A DNA stretch of 63,379 bases, the filler included, from Octopus bimaculoides (taxonomy: Eukaryota), in NCBI RefSeq assembly GCF_001194135.2. It is 4 parts of 3 records of this genome, joined end to end, with 100 filler letters (N's around TTAATTAATTAA, not from the genome) between each part and the next. Parts side by side here need not be neighbours in the genome. Positions count along the whole stretch, not along the records: positions 1 to 27,644 come from NC_068996.1; 3 more parts are not named here. One strand, given 5' to 3'. How positions within the stretch are numbered: the first letter of the stretch is position 1; each line of letters starts with the position of its first letter. This document shows, piece after piece, positions 11,248-23,997 of this stretch. The notes beneath the pieces are model-generated. The model did not search any database. It was not told where the DNA came from and was given only the letters and a program-made list of their open reading frames with translations. The translations under genes were made by a program, and so were the position numbers.

Positions 11248-12239
11248 CATGCGGGCGAAATACAAATGTTCGACAAACCTCTGTATTAAATCATGGACAA
11301 ATGGCATCCGTGGAAACATCAAATCTTAAGATTGCTCACTGGAATGTATGTATGTATGTATGTATGTATGTATCTGCTCCCGACACTTCTCCCGATACAG
11401 GAGAAGTGTCGAGAGCAGAACGTCGACCTCTACTCCACCTACATCGACCTGACCAAGGCCTTTGATACCGTTAGTAGAGAAGGTCTTTGGAGAATCTTGG
11501 CGAAGTATGGATGCCCCAGAAAATTCATCACCATCGTAAGACAACTACACGATGGCATGTTGGCAAGGGCACAGGACAACGGAAAGACCTCTGATCCATT
11601 CCCTGTCTCCAACGGAGTGAAACAAGGATGTGTCCTTGCTCCCACCTTGTTCAGCCTTATGTTCTCAGCCATGTTGACAGATGCTTTCAGGGACACAGAC
11701 AAAGGCATCGGTATCAAGTACCGGTCAGACGGTTCAGTCTTCAACCTCGGGAGGCTCAGAGCGAAAACCAAGGTTTCAGTAGACACCATCAACGATCTCC
11801 TGTTCGCCGATGACTGCGCTCTCAATACTGCCACTGAGTCCAACATGCAGCACAGCGTTGACTTGTTCTCTGGCGCCTGCAACAACTTTGGTCTTACCAT
11901 CAATACAAAAAAGATTGAGGTAATGTATAAGCCAGCTCCAACCAAGCCCTACGTTGAAACCAACATCACCATCAACGGGTAGCGACTGAACGCGGTGGAC
12001 AAGTTCACCTACCTTGGCAGCACACTCTCTAGAAATGTTGCTGTCGATGACGAAATCAACGCCAGACTCGCCAAGGCAAGAGCTGCCTTCGGCAGGCTAC
12101 GCAAGACTGTCTGGAACAGGAAGGGGATCAACATCATGCCAAAGATCAAGGTGTACCGGGTTGTTCTCACAACGCTGCTTTACGGCTGCGAGTCCTGGAC
12201 GGTCTGCCAGCGTCATGCCAGGAAGCTGAACCACTTTCA
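11248..12239 (+). mobile_element. RTE (BovB-like) LINE fragment: ORF start joined through (ATGT)n to the RT domain
   Basis: 11248-11346 matches 14409-14506 (LKIAHWN). From about 11375: QEKCREQ..DLTKAFDTVSR..GVKQGCVLAPTLF..LLFADDCAL..KFTYLGS. One stop at 11980-11982 and one frameshift near 12160; runs into a gap. Confidence 0.92.
11375..11982 (+). pseudogene. RTE reverse transcriptase core (DLTKAFD, QGCVLAP, FADD)
   Basis: ORF 11293-11982. The RT portion is continuous; the N-terminus of the called ORF is microsatellite read-through. Confidence 0.9.
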
Positions 12240-12909
12240 NNNNNNNNNNNNNNNNNNNNNNNNNNNNNNNNNNNNNNNNNNNNNNNNNNNNNNNNNNNNN
12301 NNNNNNNNNNNNNNNNNNNNNNNNNNNNNNNNNNNNNNNNNNNNNNNNNNNNNNNNNNNNNNNNNNNNNNNNNNNNNNNNNNNNNNNNNNNNNNNNNNNN
12401 NNNNNNNNNNNNNNNNNNNNNNNNNNNNNNNNNNNNNNNNNNNNNNNNNNNNNNNNNNNNNNNNNNNNNNNNNNNNNNNNNNNNNNNNNNNNNNNNNNNN
12501 NNNNNNNNNNNNNNNNNNNNNNNNNNNNNNNNNNNNNNNNNNNNNNNNNNNNNNNNNNNNNNNNNNNNNNNNNNNNNNNNNNNNNNNNNNNNNNNNNNNN
12601 NNNNNNNNNNNNNNNNNNNNNNNNNNNNNNNNNNNNNNNNNNNNNNNNNNNNNNNNNNNNNNNNNNNNNNNNNNNNNNNNNNNNNNNNNNNNNNNNNNNN
12701 NNNNNNNNNNNNNNNNNNNNNNNNNNNNNNNNNNNNNNNNNNNNNNNNNNNNNNNNNNNNNNNNNNNNNNNNNNNNNNNNNNNNNNNNNNNNNNNNNNNN
12801 NNNNNNNNNNNNNNNNNNNNNNNNNNNNNNNNNNNNNNNNNNNNNNNNNNNNNNNNNNNNNNNNNNNNNNNNNNNNNNNNNNNNNNNNNNNNNNNNNNNN
12901 NNNNNNNNN

Positions 12910-13310
12910 ACAGGGTCAGACATTGGAAGCGGTAGGCCTTAATCTTGAAGAACCTGCTTTTTCTCACGGACAGCTCTATGTCGGATGCTCTAGAGTTGGA
13001 AATCCAGAAAATGTATTCATCTATGCACCCAACGGTAAAAAACAAAAAAAAATGTGTATCACTAAGCCCTGCAAGACTGAAATTTTGGAGCAAAGATGCC
13101 TCTCCCTCCGACAACCTCTCTCGCCAACCTCCGAAAACCTCTCACGAACCTCCAACAATCTCTCCCCCCTCCAGCTGACAGTTTTTGTACTTTTTCGCGA
13201 TGAAAAATACACCTTTTGTGACAGTTATAACGAAATTGCTTTCTTATATCAGAGTAATAAGGCGTTTCAATAGAACATCTTTACCCCCGGGAATTACCGG
13301 GTACACCAGC
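12910..13310 (+). mobile_element. Helitron 3' end (PIF1-like helicase C-terminus plus terminal hairpin)
   Basis: QGQTLEAVGLNLEEPAFSHGQLYVGCSRVG...IYAPNGK; hairpin CCCGG-GAATTA-CCGGG at 13286-13301. Confidence 0.85.
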
Positions 13311-13559
13311 ATATGTAGACATGCTCATAAATATGTAAATGATAAACCTCTGGTAAGTTTTACAGATTTTTACAGTTCCAGTGATGGAATGGATCTGTGG
13401 TCTTCGAATTAGCTTTCTCCTTTGTGGTTTTGAGAAGCCTAATTTCTCAAGATTGGTATTTAGGCAGTGTGTTACATATCCCAGTACACCAATAATTACA
13501 GGTACAAACCTGAACTTGTAGTATGGATAGAGTAACTGCAGTGTATATATGTATGTATG

Positions 13560-13640
13560 TATGTATGGATGGATGGATGGATGGATGGATGGATGGATGG
13601 ATGGATGGATGGGTGGATGGATGAATGGATGAATGGATGG
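13560..13640. repeat. (GGAT)n microsatellite
   Basis: Directly visible. Confidence 0.95.
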
Positions 13641-13699
13641 ATGTACGTGCGCATGTACTTACGTATGTATGTATTACGTACATATGTATGTCAGGTCAA

Positions 13700-16600
13700 C
13701 ATTGTTACTACTGATAACATGTAACCCAGTACGACCTGCCACATGGTCGGGCCGTCAGCGACTAAGCCAGTGTCCTACCAGTCCTGCTTGGTAAGGAAGA
13801 TTGTTTTCCTTGGACACCTTGCAGGACGAAAAACAAAACCTGTCAAAGGACGGATGAACTCACTCAACAGCTATCGAACAGCTGGGAGTGCGAAACTCCT
13901 GGCCACCCGAATTGATGGACCTTTATTTCTCGATAGAACTTCCTTCAAGGAGAAAATAAGCTCGTATAAAAAAAAACCTGAAAAGCAGTTAGTTTTCTTG
14001 TCGATTCAACCCTTATTGTACCACTAGTGTTATAGCTGATTGCGCTGAAAAGTTGCATTTTTCAGTGCTGTGCAGCACATTATCCACTCGAAACAAATTT
14101 ACACATAGGACCTTCTTACTCTAGGAAGGGCACATAGCTGTACCAAAAACCCTGCGGTGACTGGAGCACACTGAAGCATACAGGCGAAACATGCTGGGAA
14201 TATGTAATTGCTCACCTACACACGAGCGATTAGGGCAGTTGGTCGCTTCAATTTTAAATGCGTCAATGGAGGGATTCGGCAGCACCCCAAGTGATTGAAC
14301 AGCACTTTTCAAGGATAGCACTACTCACCAGCTGGTAGAAAAGCTGGTCTAAACAAATCTTTCCACTACCAAACTGGCCGGTACCCAACGGCTGGTAGTT
14401 ATTCATTCATGAGGGCGAAATACAAATGTTCAACAAACCTCTGATTTAAATCATGGACAAATGACATCGGTGGAAAGATCAAATCTTAAGATCGCTCACT
14501 GGAATGCCAGAACCCGCTCATCCTGAGCACCGTACCGCTTTTATATGTAGGGAACTATCTCAATATAACCTTGATATAATTGGACTGTCAGAAACAATGC
14601 TTTCTGATAACGGCCAGTTAGAAGAACCAGATTCTGTTAACACCTTATTTTAGAAGAGAAGGCGAGACAATCTACATCGAGAAGCTGGTGTTGATTTTGC
14701 TAGCATTTGACAGAGCTTCCTCATAGTTTCTCTGGGTCGCTAAGGTTGCGACTTAACTCGAAACGATCCATGACAGTGATTAATATCTATGCGATGCCAA
14801 TTCTTGTCAGTCCCCAGGATGAGATACACAGCTTTTATGATGATCTGAGCACAATTCTGAGAAATGGAGATAAGAATGACAAATTGGAATTCTGGAATGA
14901 ACTAAAAGCCTGTGTAGGACGTGATTCTGAATAGGGAAAAGCAACGCATGAGGGCTACACTTATTACAGCCGTATCAGGAGTCAGATCTAGTGATAACCA
15001 ATACTTGGTCCAGACAAAAGAATAAATATAAGACTACTTGGCAGCGTCCACGTTGAGGTCCTTGGAACATTCTCGGTTATGTAATTGTCTGTAGCACGTG
15101 GGAAGCTGAATATTGGACGGGTCATACCTGGTAATCACGGTCTGTAAAAAGCTGAGGTGAGGCGGCACAAAGGCACCTAAGTGGATTGATGTCTCTAAAT
15201 TAAACTGCCCTAAAAAGCTTGGACAGTACCAAGTAGTTCAAGAGATCGAGCTAAATCGCAACGGTGATCCTTAAGTAATAGTAAATAACTCTATGAAGCT
15301 GCTTCCTGTACTCTGGGATTTATTGAAAGAAAACACTGGGACTGGTTAAAAGAAAATGAAGGACTTGCGACAAAGCTGTTGGAAGAAAAGAAAAAGGTAC
15401 TTGACGAGGTGTTCTCTGGTTCTGTTCTGGGAAGTGAACGGGAAAGGGAAAGTTAGAGAAAGATTTTAAAGAATGCAAAGCTAAGGTCTACCGAGAATTG
15501 CGAGCAGCGGAGGACGCGTATTGGTGAAAAAAAAAAAGAACGCAGAATTCAGAGAACTACTGACAAACAAGATTCAAAATCTCTGTACCACCAGCTGCGT
15601 GCAGTCTGTGGCCCACCATACTCTGATTTTGCACCTCTGCGAGCAAAGAGTGATAATCTTCTGCTGCGTAAGCGAGAGGAAATCAAGGCCAGGAAGTGGC
15701 AGCATTTTAGTGATGTCCTGAACCGTGGGGCTGTAGTAAGTCCTGCTGTAATCGAAAGGTTTGCACAGCCACTTGTGATCCACCAGCTTGATGATACACC
15801 CACTAATAATAAAATAACGATATTGTAAAATAGATGAATTTCGAGAAAGCCGCTGGGAATAATGACATTGTTTGCTGAACTGGTATAGAAAGGGAATGAT
15901 GTGATACTGGGGATCCCATCTACCATATTTCATACAAGAATGGAAAGATGTTATTTTCATTTCCTTGCATCTATAAGAAAGGGCCCAAAAACATGTACTA
16001 ATTACCATCGGATCTCCCTGTTGTCAGTTGTTGGCGAGATCTTCCGAAGAATACTTCTCGATCGATTGCTGGACCATGTTGCATCAGAAATTCTTCCTGC
16101 ATCAGTATGGCTTTCGAAAAATTGAGGTGCAAGTGATGCGATCTTTACAGCTCGACAGCTTCAGAAGAAGTGCAGGGAACAATATCTTGATCTGTACCAG
16201 TGTTTCCTCGATCTTACCAAGTATTTTGACACTATACAGAAGTCAACTGTTTGGAATGTTCTTCTCAAGCTACGTTGTCCAGAAAAGTTCACGAGGCTCT
16301 TTCGATCCCTTCGTGACAACATGAAAGCATTGTGTCAATGGTAAACAACCAGAACCCATCTCAGTTGAATCTAGTGTTAAACAGGATGATCTCCTGGCTG
16401 CTACACAGTTCGCCATTTTCTTTGTTATTTTTTATCATGGTGTTTTCATCCGTTATCGTACAAGAAAGCATTTCAACATCTGTCGTTTTAATGCAATAAC
16501 ATGACTCTCTTTCGTGATTACCCTTACGCTGATGATTACGATCTCGTAACCCACACTAAGGAAGATCTGCAGCTCCTGATGGACTACTGTTCAGCAATGT

Positions 16601-17552
16601 GTGATAAGTTTGGACTTACAACCAGTCCTAAGAAGACTCCGGTCATGCTACAACCAGCACCAGGAAGCCATATATCTCACCATCGATATACGTCGAGGGT
16701 AAAATTTAGAAGTCGTAGATATTTTTGTTTACCTTAGTAGCACACTAACTAGATTAAATACACTTGATAAAGAGGTTAGTTATAGACTTTGTACGGCCTG
16801 TAATGGGTTAGGAAAGCTTAAATCAAGGATTTGGTTGTAATCGGAGATGAAAGCAGTAATAAAAATTGAGGTCTATCAAGGCATGTCTTAACAACAATTT
16901 GTCGTGTGGATGCAAAACCTTGAAAACTACCGCAAGCATATCTAACGTCTCGACAATTGTGCCTCATACAAGGTACTGCAGTTGGCAAAAATGATGAGTA
17001 TCGAGTCCTTGATTACGAAACACCAGCTTAGATGATCTAATGATTTTGTCCGCTTAGAGGACACTCGCATGACAGGTGTTGCATGGTGAGCTGAAGCAAG
17101 GAAAGCGTCCCCAGTGCAAATCACGCAAACATTTCAAAGACAATCTTATAGACACACTTAAAAAAGATCAATGTCTATACTAACACCGGAGGAATATGTT
17201 TGCTACTGGTGTTAGAGAATTCGAAAACAAGGTTGCATACACTGAGTTGAAAATCCCTAGGAAGGGCAGAAAACAGTTTCTTGTGTGACCAGTCTGCCTG
17301 CTTTCTAAATGCAAGTATACTCAACCACAAGCGTGGCCACAGAGTTGCCCCCGTGATATCCAGCATGTTCTCTCGTGTACCTCGTGCAGTAGAGTGTGTG
17401 GGTCAGCCAGTGGTCTCACTAGGCATTGTAGGTCCAATATCCAGATGATCGAACGGTTGCTGGAGGGCTGACTTGTGATCGGTGTGGAATGACTTGTAGG
17501 ACTCATGTAGGCCTTAGGACCTATATGAGACATCATCAGCGATGGGGCGACC
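13700..17552 (+). mobile_element. Near full-length, highly degenerate RTE LINE (5' UTR, APE endonuclease, RT, C-terminal zinc finger)
   Basis: ATG at 14409 leads to LKIAHWNART; ..DIIGLSET..; NYHRISLLSVVG; EKCREQYLD..DL; YADD at about 16525; C..C.RVCGSASGLTRH at about 17380-17440. Many stops and frameshifts. Confidence 0.88.
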
Positions 17553-17734
17553 AAACTTAAAGTTTTTTTTTTTTTGTCTTAGTGAAATGGATCTAGGAAG
17601 TAGTCTTACTTGGTCACGAACTGACTTGTATGCATGTATGCAGTATGTCTATGTGTGTATGTGTATGTGTGTTTATGTGTATGCATGATTATGTGCATGC
17701 ATATTTATGTGTGTTCATGTATGTGAGTATATCT

Positions 17735-17980
17735 TTGTGCTTGTATTTGTATTCTACCACCGTTTGACAACTGATGGTGGTTTTGTTTATGTCTATGTAA
17801 TTTAGTGGTTCGGTATTAGAGATCATTAGAATAAGTACCAGGCTTAAAAATATGTAAAATATTCTAAAATATATACAAAAAATATAAGTACTGGGCTCGA
17901 TTCGTTCGACTAAAACCCTTCAAGGTGGTGTACCCAGTATAGCCGCAGTTCAATGACTGAAATAAGTAAATGATAAAAGA
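17735..17980 (+). mobile_element. Octopus-type bipartite SINE, 3' module
   Basis: Aligns with 48990-49210 (GGTTCGG..GAATAAGTAC..GGGGTCGA..CGACTAAA..CCAGCATGGCCGCA). Confidence 0.75.
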
Positions 17981-17998
17981 CATATAAATATATATATA

Positions 17999-18143
17999 CG
18001 ACGGACTTCACTCAGTTTCCATCTATCGCACTCATTCATAAGCATTAGATGACCCGGGGATATAGTTGACTTGTCCAATATGCCACGCAATAGGACTGAA
18101 CCCTAAACTACGTGATTGCAAAACGAGTTCCTTAACCACACAG
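17999..18143 (-). mobile_element. Octopus-type bipartite SINE, tRNA-derived head
   Basis: Reverse complement aligns with 48555-48712 (GTGTGGT..GGTTCAGTCC..GGAAACTGA). Confidence 0.7.
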
Positions 18144-18379
18144 AGTGGAGAATATGCAGTTATAATGATATTCGCTTGTTGTATTAATCCCTCTCTAAAC
18201 CTATTTGTAACAATAACGCATACGATATTTTTTACAGAGAGGTTGAAGCGGAAAGAAAATCTATCTGTGACCTCTGTCCCAAACTATCCCTATTCCAAGG
18301 TATACTTATGGATATTTTGTGCTGGACGTTCGTGTAAAGAGGATGTAATGAGTATCAACTGATCACCACCAAGTCATCT

Positions 18380-19715
18380 GCAACCTATAACTATCAACAG
18401 CAGAGAGAACTCACAAAACTGATAGGTCTAATGCAACTTACAGAATAAATTTGGAAGCTTTGGTGGACGATGAAGTCGGAAACAAATATGCGACCACTAT
18501 TTCATCTAAATTCAGAGACCTTCCTGAACTAACTGAGGACGTCGAGACGGAGAGGAAATTGTTTTGTTCAGCAGTTTCTTCTTCGACTTTATAAGGCGAG
18601 GGACAAAAGCAACTTGGTGTGACGCCAAGCAGTAAAAGAATCATCTAGCTTAACCTGGAAGTTAGAAATGCCATCCGAGCAAAAGTGGAACCTTACAAAG
18701 TTTGGCTTGGAAATAAGTTTCCTCCTTTTGCTCACGTAATACACAGATGCGCAAAAAGTTGCAGCAGAGATAGTAAAACGTTCAAGGCAAACTTTTGGGA
18801 TGACTTTGGGGTTAAGCTGCGCTCTGACTTCAGATTGAACAATATAGTATCTTGGGAGACCTTCGTAACAAGAAGCTCTCTGCCAAATCTGCCATAAAAA
18901 ATTCAGTTGGGTCTTCTCTCTCCACATAGTAGAGCATCCTTTGGAGATTGTGACAGTACTTTGCAGATCTCCTAAATCCGATCATGACAAAATATTGTGA
19001 TGGAAATGAAGTGCATCAAGGGGTGAAGACTAAGCTCACAGAGACTGAAGTCATAGAGGCAGTTAAAGCACTCAAATGGAGCAAGGCTGCTGGTGAGGAA
19101 GAAATTAGCCTGAGATACTGAACACTTTAAATAGATAAAGTATCCTCTCGTTGACTCGTGTACGCTGGATGGCTTGGACTTCTGATGAGATTCTAAAGCA
19201 ATGGCAATCCAAAGTGATAATCCCAATTTTTAAAATGGGAGACAAAAGAAAGGACTCCAATTATAGAGGAATCTCCTTCTTGAGCCTCCCTTGTAAAGTC
19301 TATGCTAGGTGTCTGGAGAAGAAATGTAGGGAAATTGTCGAGCCCAAGTTAGCTGAAGAACAGTGTGGCTTCCGTTCCTGGACACAGTACAAGTAACAAG
19401 ATATTCACTCTATGGCAGATCTTTGAAAAATTGTGGAAATACTGCCAAGAGATGAACTCTTGCTTTGTAGTTGTTGAAAAGGCATAAAACTGCATGCCGA
19501 GGGACATGCTGTGAGCGTGGGGAGTGCGGGAGTTTGAGATTAATGGGCAATTTCTGGTTTCCGTGAAGTTCCAACGCTGATTTTTAGATGTTTGAGCTCG
19601 ACTAAATGGTGCATAGATGAAAACTTTCAACATGGGTGTTGGACATCGGGAGAGATGCGTATTCATTCTCCTTTACGTAATTTTCATGAACTGAATTGAC
19701 ATGCGCAGCTATTGT
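18380..19715 (+). mobile_element. Degenerate RTE-clade LINE, linker to RT motif 4
   Basis: YRINLEALVDDEV...; WQSKVIIPIFKMGDKRKDSNYRGISFLSLPCKVYARCLEKKCREIVEPKLAEEQCGFR; QIFEKLW. Confidence 0.85.
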
Positions 19716-20500
19716 TTAAATAGTATCTCTCGACCTATTAGAAATATTTGTTGAAAGAATTTATAAAATAAAATGATCTTATAATTTGCTTGTAAGTGAA
19801 ATGAACGGGTGATTTAAATTTGTGTGTGTTCCACACAGTGTTAATCCTCCTTTTAGAAAATCTTGAATAACAATTCATTTGGAAGCGAGTGATAATTACC
19901 AAAATTAAATTGCTCTCTTTAGTCATAAAGAGCATTTGACTGTTTACGGGTGTGTAAAGTATCCCTCGATTTTACTAAAAATCCTGTATACCATTATACA
20001 ATATATTTTTCGTGTTCACTCGTGGAAACAACAAAATAAACTAACTTTAAAATAACAGTGGGACTTCATTCCTTCGTAAAGAGGTTCAGCGGATCAAAGT
20101 AAGCAATATTACAAACTCTGGTGGTTTTTGTTGGATAATTTATCGTTGGATAATTCAGCTTGGGTCGTCGTTGGTTGCATGGGCTCCGATATATTAATTT
20201 TCCTCCGGTGAAAACGGCAGGAATCCACATAGCACACCTGGATGAAAAACTCTCACCCCTCTGACTCGTAAATAATCTGCCACACCAATCTATAGAAAAA
20301 AGGAGACTCCAGAACACATACAGTTAGTTGTTTGAGAATGTATTACACGCAACGTGATTGGACCTTCAATCCAATTCCCACATAATACTTATAATGGGGG
20401 GGGGGCAAGGTTCATGATATCGAATCAATATCGCCTTCTCCCATTAAAATTGTTCTTTGTGTTGTTTCAGGCTCCAGCAGGCAAGGAAAGAAGTCTCAAG

Positions 20501-23500
20501 TGGAAATGCAAATTCACAACCAGTTTTATTTACATAGTTACACAGTATAAATGATGTATGTCGCTCTCAGTAGACCATCTCAAGCTGTGTACGTTTCGTT
20601 GTATCTCCGTTAACGCAAGCCNNNNNNNNNNNNNNNNNNNNNNNNNNNNNNNNNNNNNNNNNNNNNNNNNNNNNNNNNNNNNNNNNNNNNNNNNNNNNNN
20701 NNNNNNNNNNNNNNNNNNNNNNNNNNNNNNNNNNNNNNNNNNNNNNNNNNNNNNNNNNNNNNNNNNNNNNNNNNNNNNNNNNNNNNNNNNNNNNNNNNNN
20801 NNNNNNNNNNNNNNNNNNNNNNNNNNNNNNNNNNNNNNNNNNNNNNNNNNNNNNNNNNNNNNNNNNNNNNNNNNNNNNNNNNNNNNNNNNNNNNNNNNNN
20901 NNNNNNNNNNNNNNNNNNNNNNNNNNNNNNNNNNNNNNNNNNNNNNNNNNNNNNNNNNNNNNNNNNNNNNNNNNNNNNNNNNNNNNNNNNNNNNNNNNNN
21001 NNNNNNNNNNNNNNNNNNNNNNNNNNNNNNNNNAGGAACAGAAGCTATTTCTTTCTTGATTGACTCAAAAGAAGATAACGCCTCGGCAGATAAAGTAATA
21101 GGAGAATTCTTTTTTGTATTTGCTTTCAATGGCTGAGTCAAAAGAAGTAAAGGAACCGTCTGTAAAAGTTGACGACTCCCAAAAAGTGACGGAGTTGGCG
21201 TAATGAAGCGAGCGGGGTGTGATGCGCTGAATTGCATCGACTTTGGAAGAGAGAGGTCTGATACCATTTGAGTCGATATAATGCCCCAGAAATTCCAGAG
21301 AGGACTGCCCGAAAACATACTTATCGGGGTTGATTTGCACACTGTAGGTGCGAAGACGATGAAAGAGTTGATTAAAGTGTTGGAGGTGATTCTCACGCGT
21401 GTCGCTTGCAATGAGTATGTCATCAACGTAAGCGAACACAAAATCAAGTCCACGGACAACATCGATAAATCTTTGGAACGTGCTTGTGGCGTTCCGCAAA
21501 CCGAAGCTCATAAAAAGGAACTCGAAGCTGCCAAAGCGAGTAGTGATGGCAGTTTTTGGTACGTCCTCAGGACTGACTGGTATTTGATGATAGGCACGAA
21601 CGAGGTCGACCTTAGAAAAAACAGTACAATCATGCAAATTAGAGAAGAAGTCCTGAAGATTTCGTATAGGATAGCGATCGGGAACACTGACCGCATTCAA
21701 ACGTTTATAATCCCCCACCGGGCGAAAATCAGAATCCCCTTTTCGTGCCAAATGAGGGGGAGATGCCCAAGGGCTAGTGGAGGGGCGAAAAGGCCAAGCT
21801 GAAGCATATGCTCAAACTCGGACCTAGCCTTTTTAAGACGGTCAGGAGCACGTCGCCGCGGGCGTGAAAAGACAGGTGGCCCAGTGGTGGTAATATAGTG
21901 GAGGGTCGAGTGAGTAGGTTTTACCGTTTGGAATCGCTGATCCACCAGCTCTAGGAAAGAAGCTAAGAGTGAATGAAATGCATCACCAGCAGTGGCAGCA
22001 AAAAATGAAGGACTGAGAACAGCATTGGTAGTGACTTTGCATGTGTAGACAAAGACGTAGAACCGTCGACGAGTCTCTGTCACCTGACATCTACCAATAG
22101 ATTAANNNNNNNNNNNNNNNNNNNNNNNNNNNNNNNNNNNNNNNNNNNNNNNNNNNNNNNNNNNNNNNNNNNNNNNNNNNNNNNNNNNNNNNNNNNNNNN
22201 NNNNNNNNNNNNNNNNNNNNNNNNNNNNNNNNNNNNNNNNNNNNNNNNNNNNNNNNNNNNNNNNNNNNNNNNNNNNNNNNNNNNNNNNNNNNNNNNNNNN
22301 NNNNNNNNNNNNNNNNNNNNNNNNNNNNNNNNNGTGGAAATGCAAATTCACAACCAGTTTTATTTACATAGTTACACAGTATAAATGATGTGTGTCGCTC
22401 TCAGTAGACCATCTCAAGCTGTGTACGTTTCGTTGTATCTCCGTTAACGCAAGCCCATTACCTCTGGAGATACAACGTGCAGACAAGACTAGCCTGGAGA
22501 CCCAGCCAGTGAGTATGTGTGTTCAGCAAGCGCTTGCAGTGAAGAAGAGATAGAATCTGTTTTGTAGGGCCCTTATATCCAGTTTGCCATCGCGAGCCTC
22601 GTTGAGATCTCGCGCATGGCAAATGGATGCAGGTNNNNNNNNNNNNNNNNNNNNNNNNNNNNNNNNNNNNNNNNNNNNNNNNNNNNNNNNNNNNNNNNNN
22701 NNNNNNNNNNNNNNNNNNNNNNNNNNNNNNNNNNNNNNNNNNNNNNNNNNNNNNNNNNNNNNNNNNNNNNNNNNNNNNNNNNNNNNNNNNNNNNNNNNNN
22801 NNNNNNNNNNNNNNNNNNNNNNNNNNNNNNNNNNNNNNNNNNNNNNNNNNNNNNNNNNNNNNNNNNNNNNNNNNNNNNNNNNNNNNNNNNNNNNNNNNNN
22901 NNNNNNNNNNNNNNNNNNNNNNNNNNNNNNNNNNNNNNNNNNNNNNNNNNNNNNNNNNNNNNNNNNNNNNNNNNNNNNNNNNNNNNNNNNNNNNNNNNNN
23001 NNNNNNNNNNNNNNNNNNNNNNNNNNNNNNNNNNNNNNNNNNNNNNNNNNNNNNNNNNNNNNNNNNNNNNNNNNNNNNNNNNNNNNNNNNNNNNNNNNNN
23101 NNNNNNNNNNNNNNNNNNNNNNNNNNNNNNNNNNNNNNNNNNNNNNNNNNNNNNNNNNNNNNNNNNNNNNNNNNNNNNNNNNNNNNNNNNNNNNNNNNNN
23201 NNNNNNNNNNNNNNNNNNNNNNNNNNNNNNNNNNNNNNNNNNNNNNNNNNNNNNNNNNNNNNNNNNNNNNNNNNNNNNNNNNNNNNNNNNNNNNNNNNNN
23301 NNNNNNNNNNNNNNNNNNNNNNNNNNNNNNNNNNNNNNNNNNNNNNNNNNNNNNNNNNNNNNNNNNNNNNNNNNNNNNNNNNNNNNNNNNNNNNNNNNNN
23401 NNNNNNNNNNNNNNNNNNNNNNNNNNNNNNNNNNNNNNNNNNNNNNNNNNNNNNNNNNNNNNNNNNNNNNNNNNNNNNNNNNNNNNNNNNNNNNNNNNNN

Positions 23501-23740
23501 NNNNNNNNNNNNNNNNNNNNNNNNNNNNNNNNNNNNNNNNNNNNNNNNNNNNNNNNNNNNNNNNNNNNNNNNNNNNNNNNNNNNNNNNNNNNNNNNNNNN
23601 NNNNGTTTGCCATCGCGAGCCTCGTTGAGATCTCGCGCATGGCAAATGGATGCAGGTGAGGTCTCGTTCCAGTCCGGGGGATGGCAATGGCTGCCGGCGA
23701 GATCTCATCCAATATGGCGCTGACTGCTTTTATTGCTACA
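20501..23740 (-). mobile_element. Ty3/Gypsy element A (CsRn1-like RT) with LTRs
   Basis: LTR sequence 20500-20621 recurs at 22334-22455 (one mismatch). On the minus strand the 5' LTR starts TGTAGC at 23740 and ends CA at 22335, with TATAAG (about 22572-22577) and AATAAA (22359-22364). RT: GDYKRLN..DLVRAYHQIP..KTAITT.FG..FQRF..YVDD. Confidence 0.85.
21065..21751 (-). pseudogene. Gypsy reverse transcriptase domain
   Basis: 228-aa ORF with YVDD; frameshifted upstream (PPVFSRPRR.APDRLKKARSEFEHMLQLG) and downstream. Confidence 0.9.
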
Positions 23741-23997
23741 TATTCATTATCATTCTGATAAAGCAACTTTCTTTAAAGTTCATGAATATATCTTCTTTAA
23801 ATTTAACTGTCAATAAATGATGTTTTTTCTCATTAAGAAAATAGTCTCTTTAACTTCTTCAAACGTGGAAAGAATAATGAAATATGCTATCTAGCAATTA
23901 ACACAGTTCAACTTGTTTAACTTGAAATTCAACATTTAACACAATTCATGAATCTCTCTTTTCATGGGGCACTTCTCGAATTCAATAGTTCTTGATA

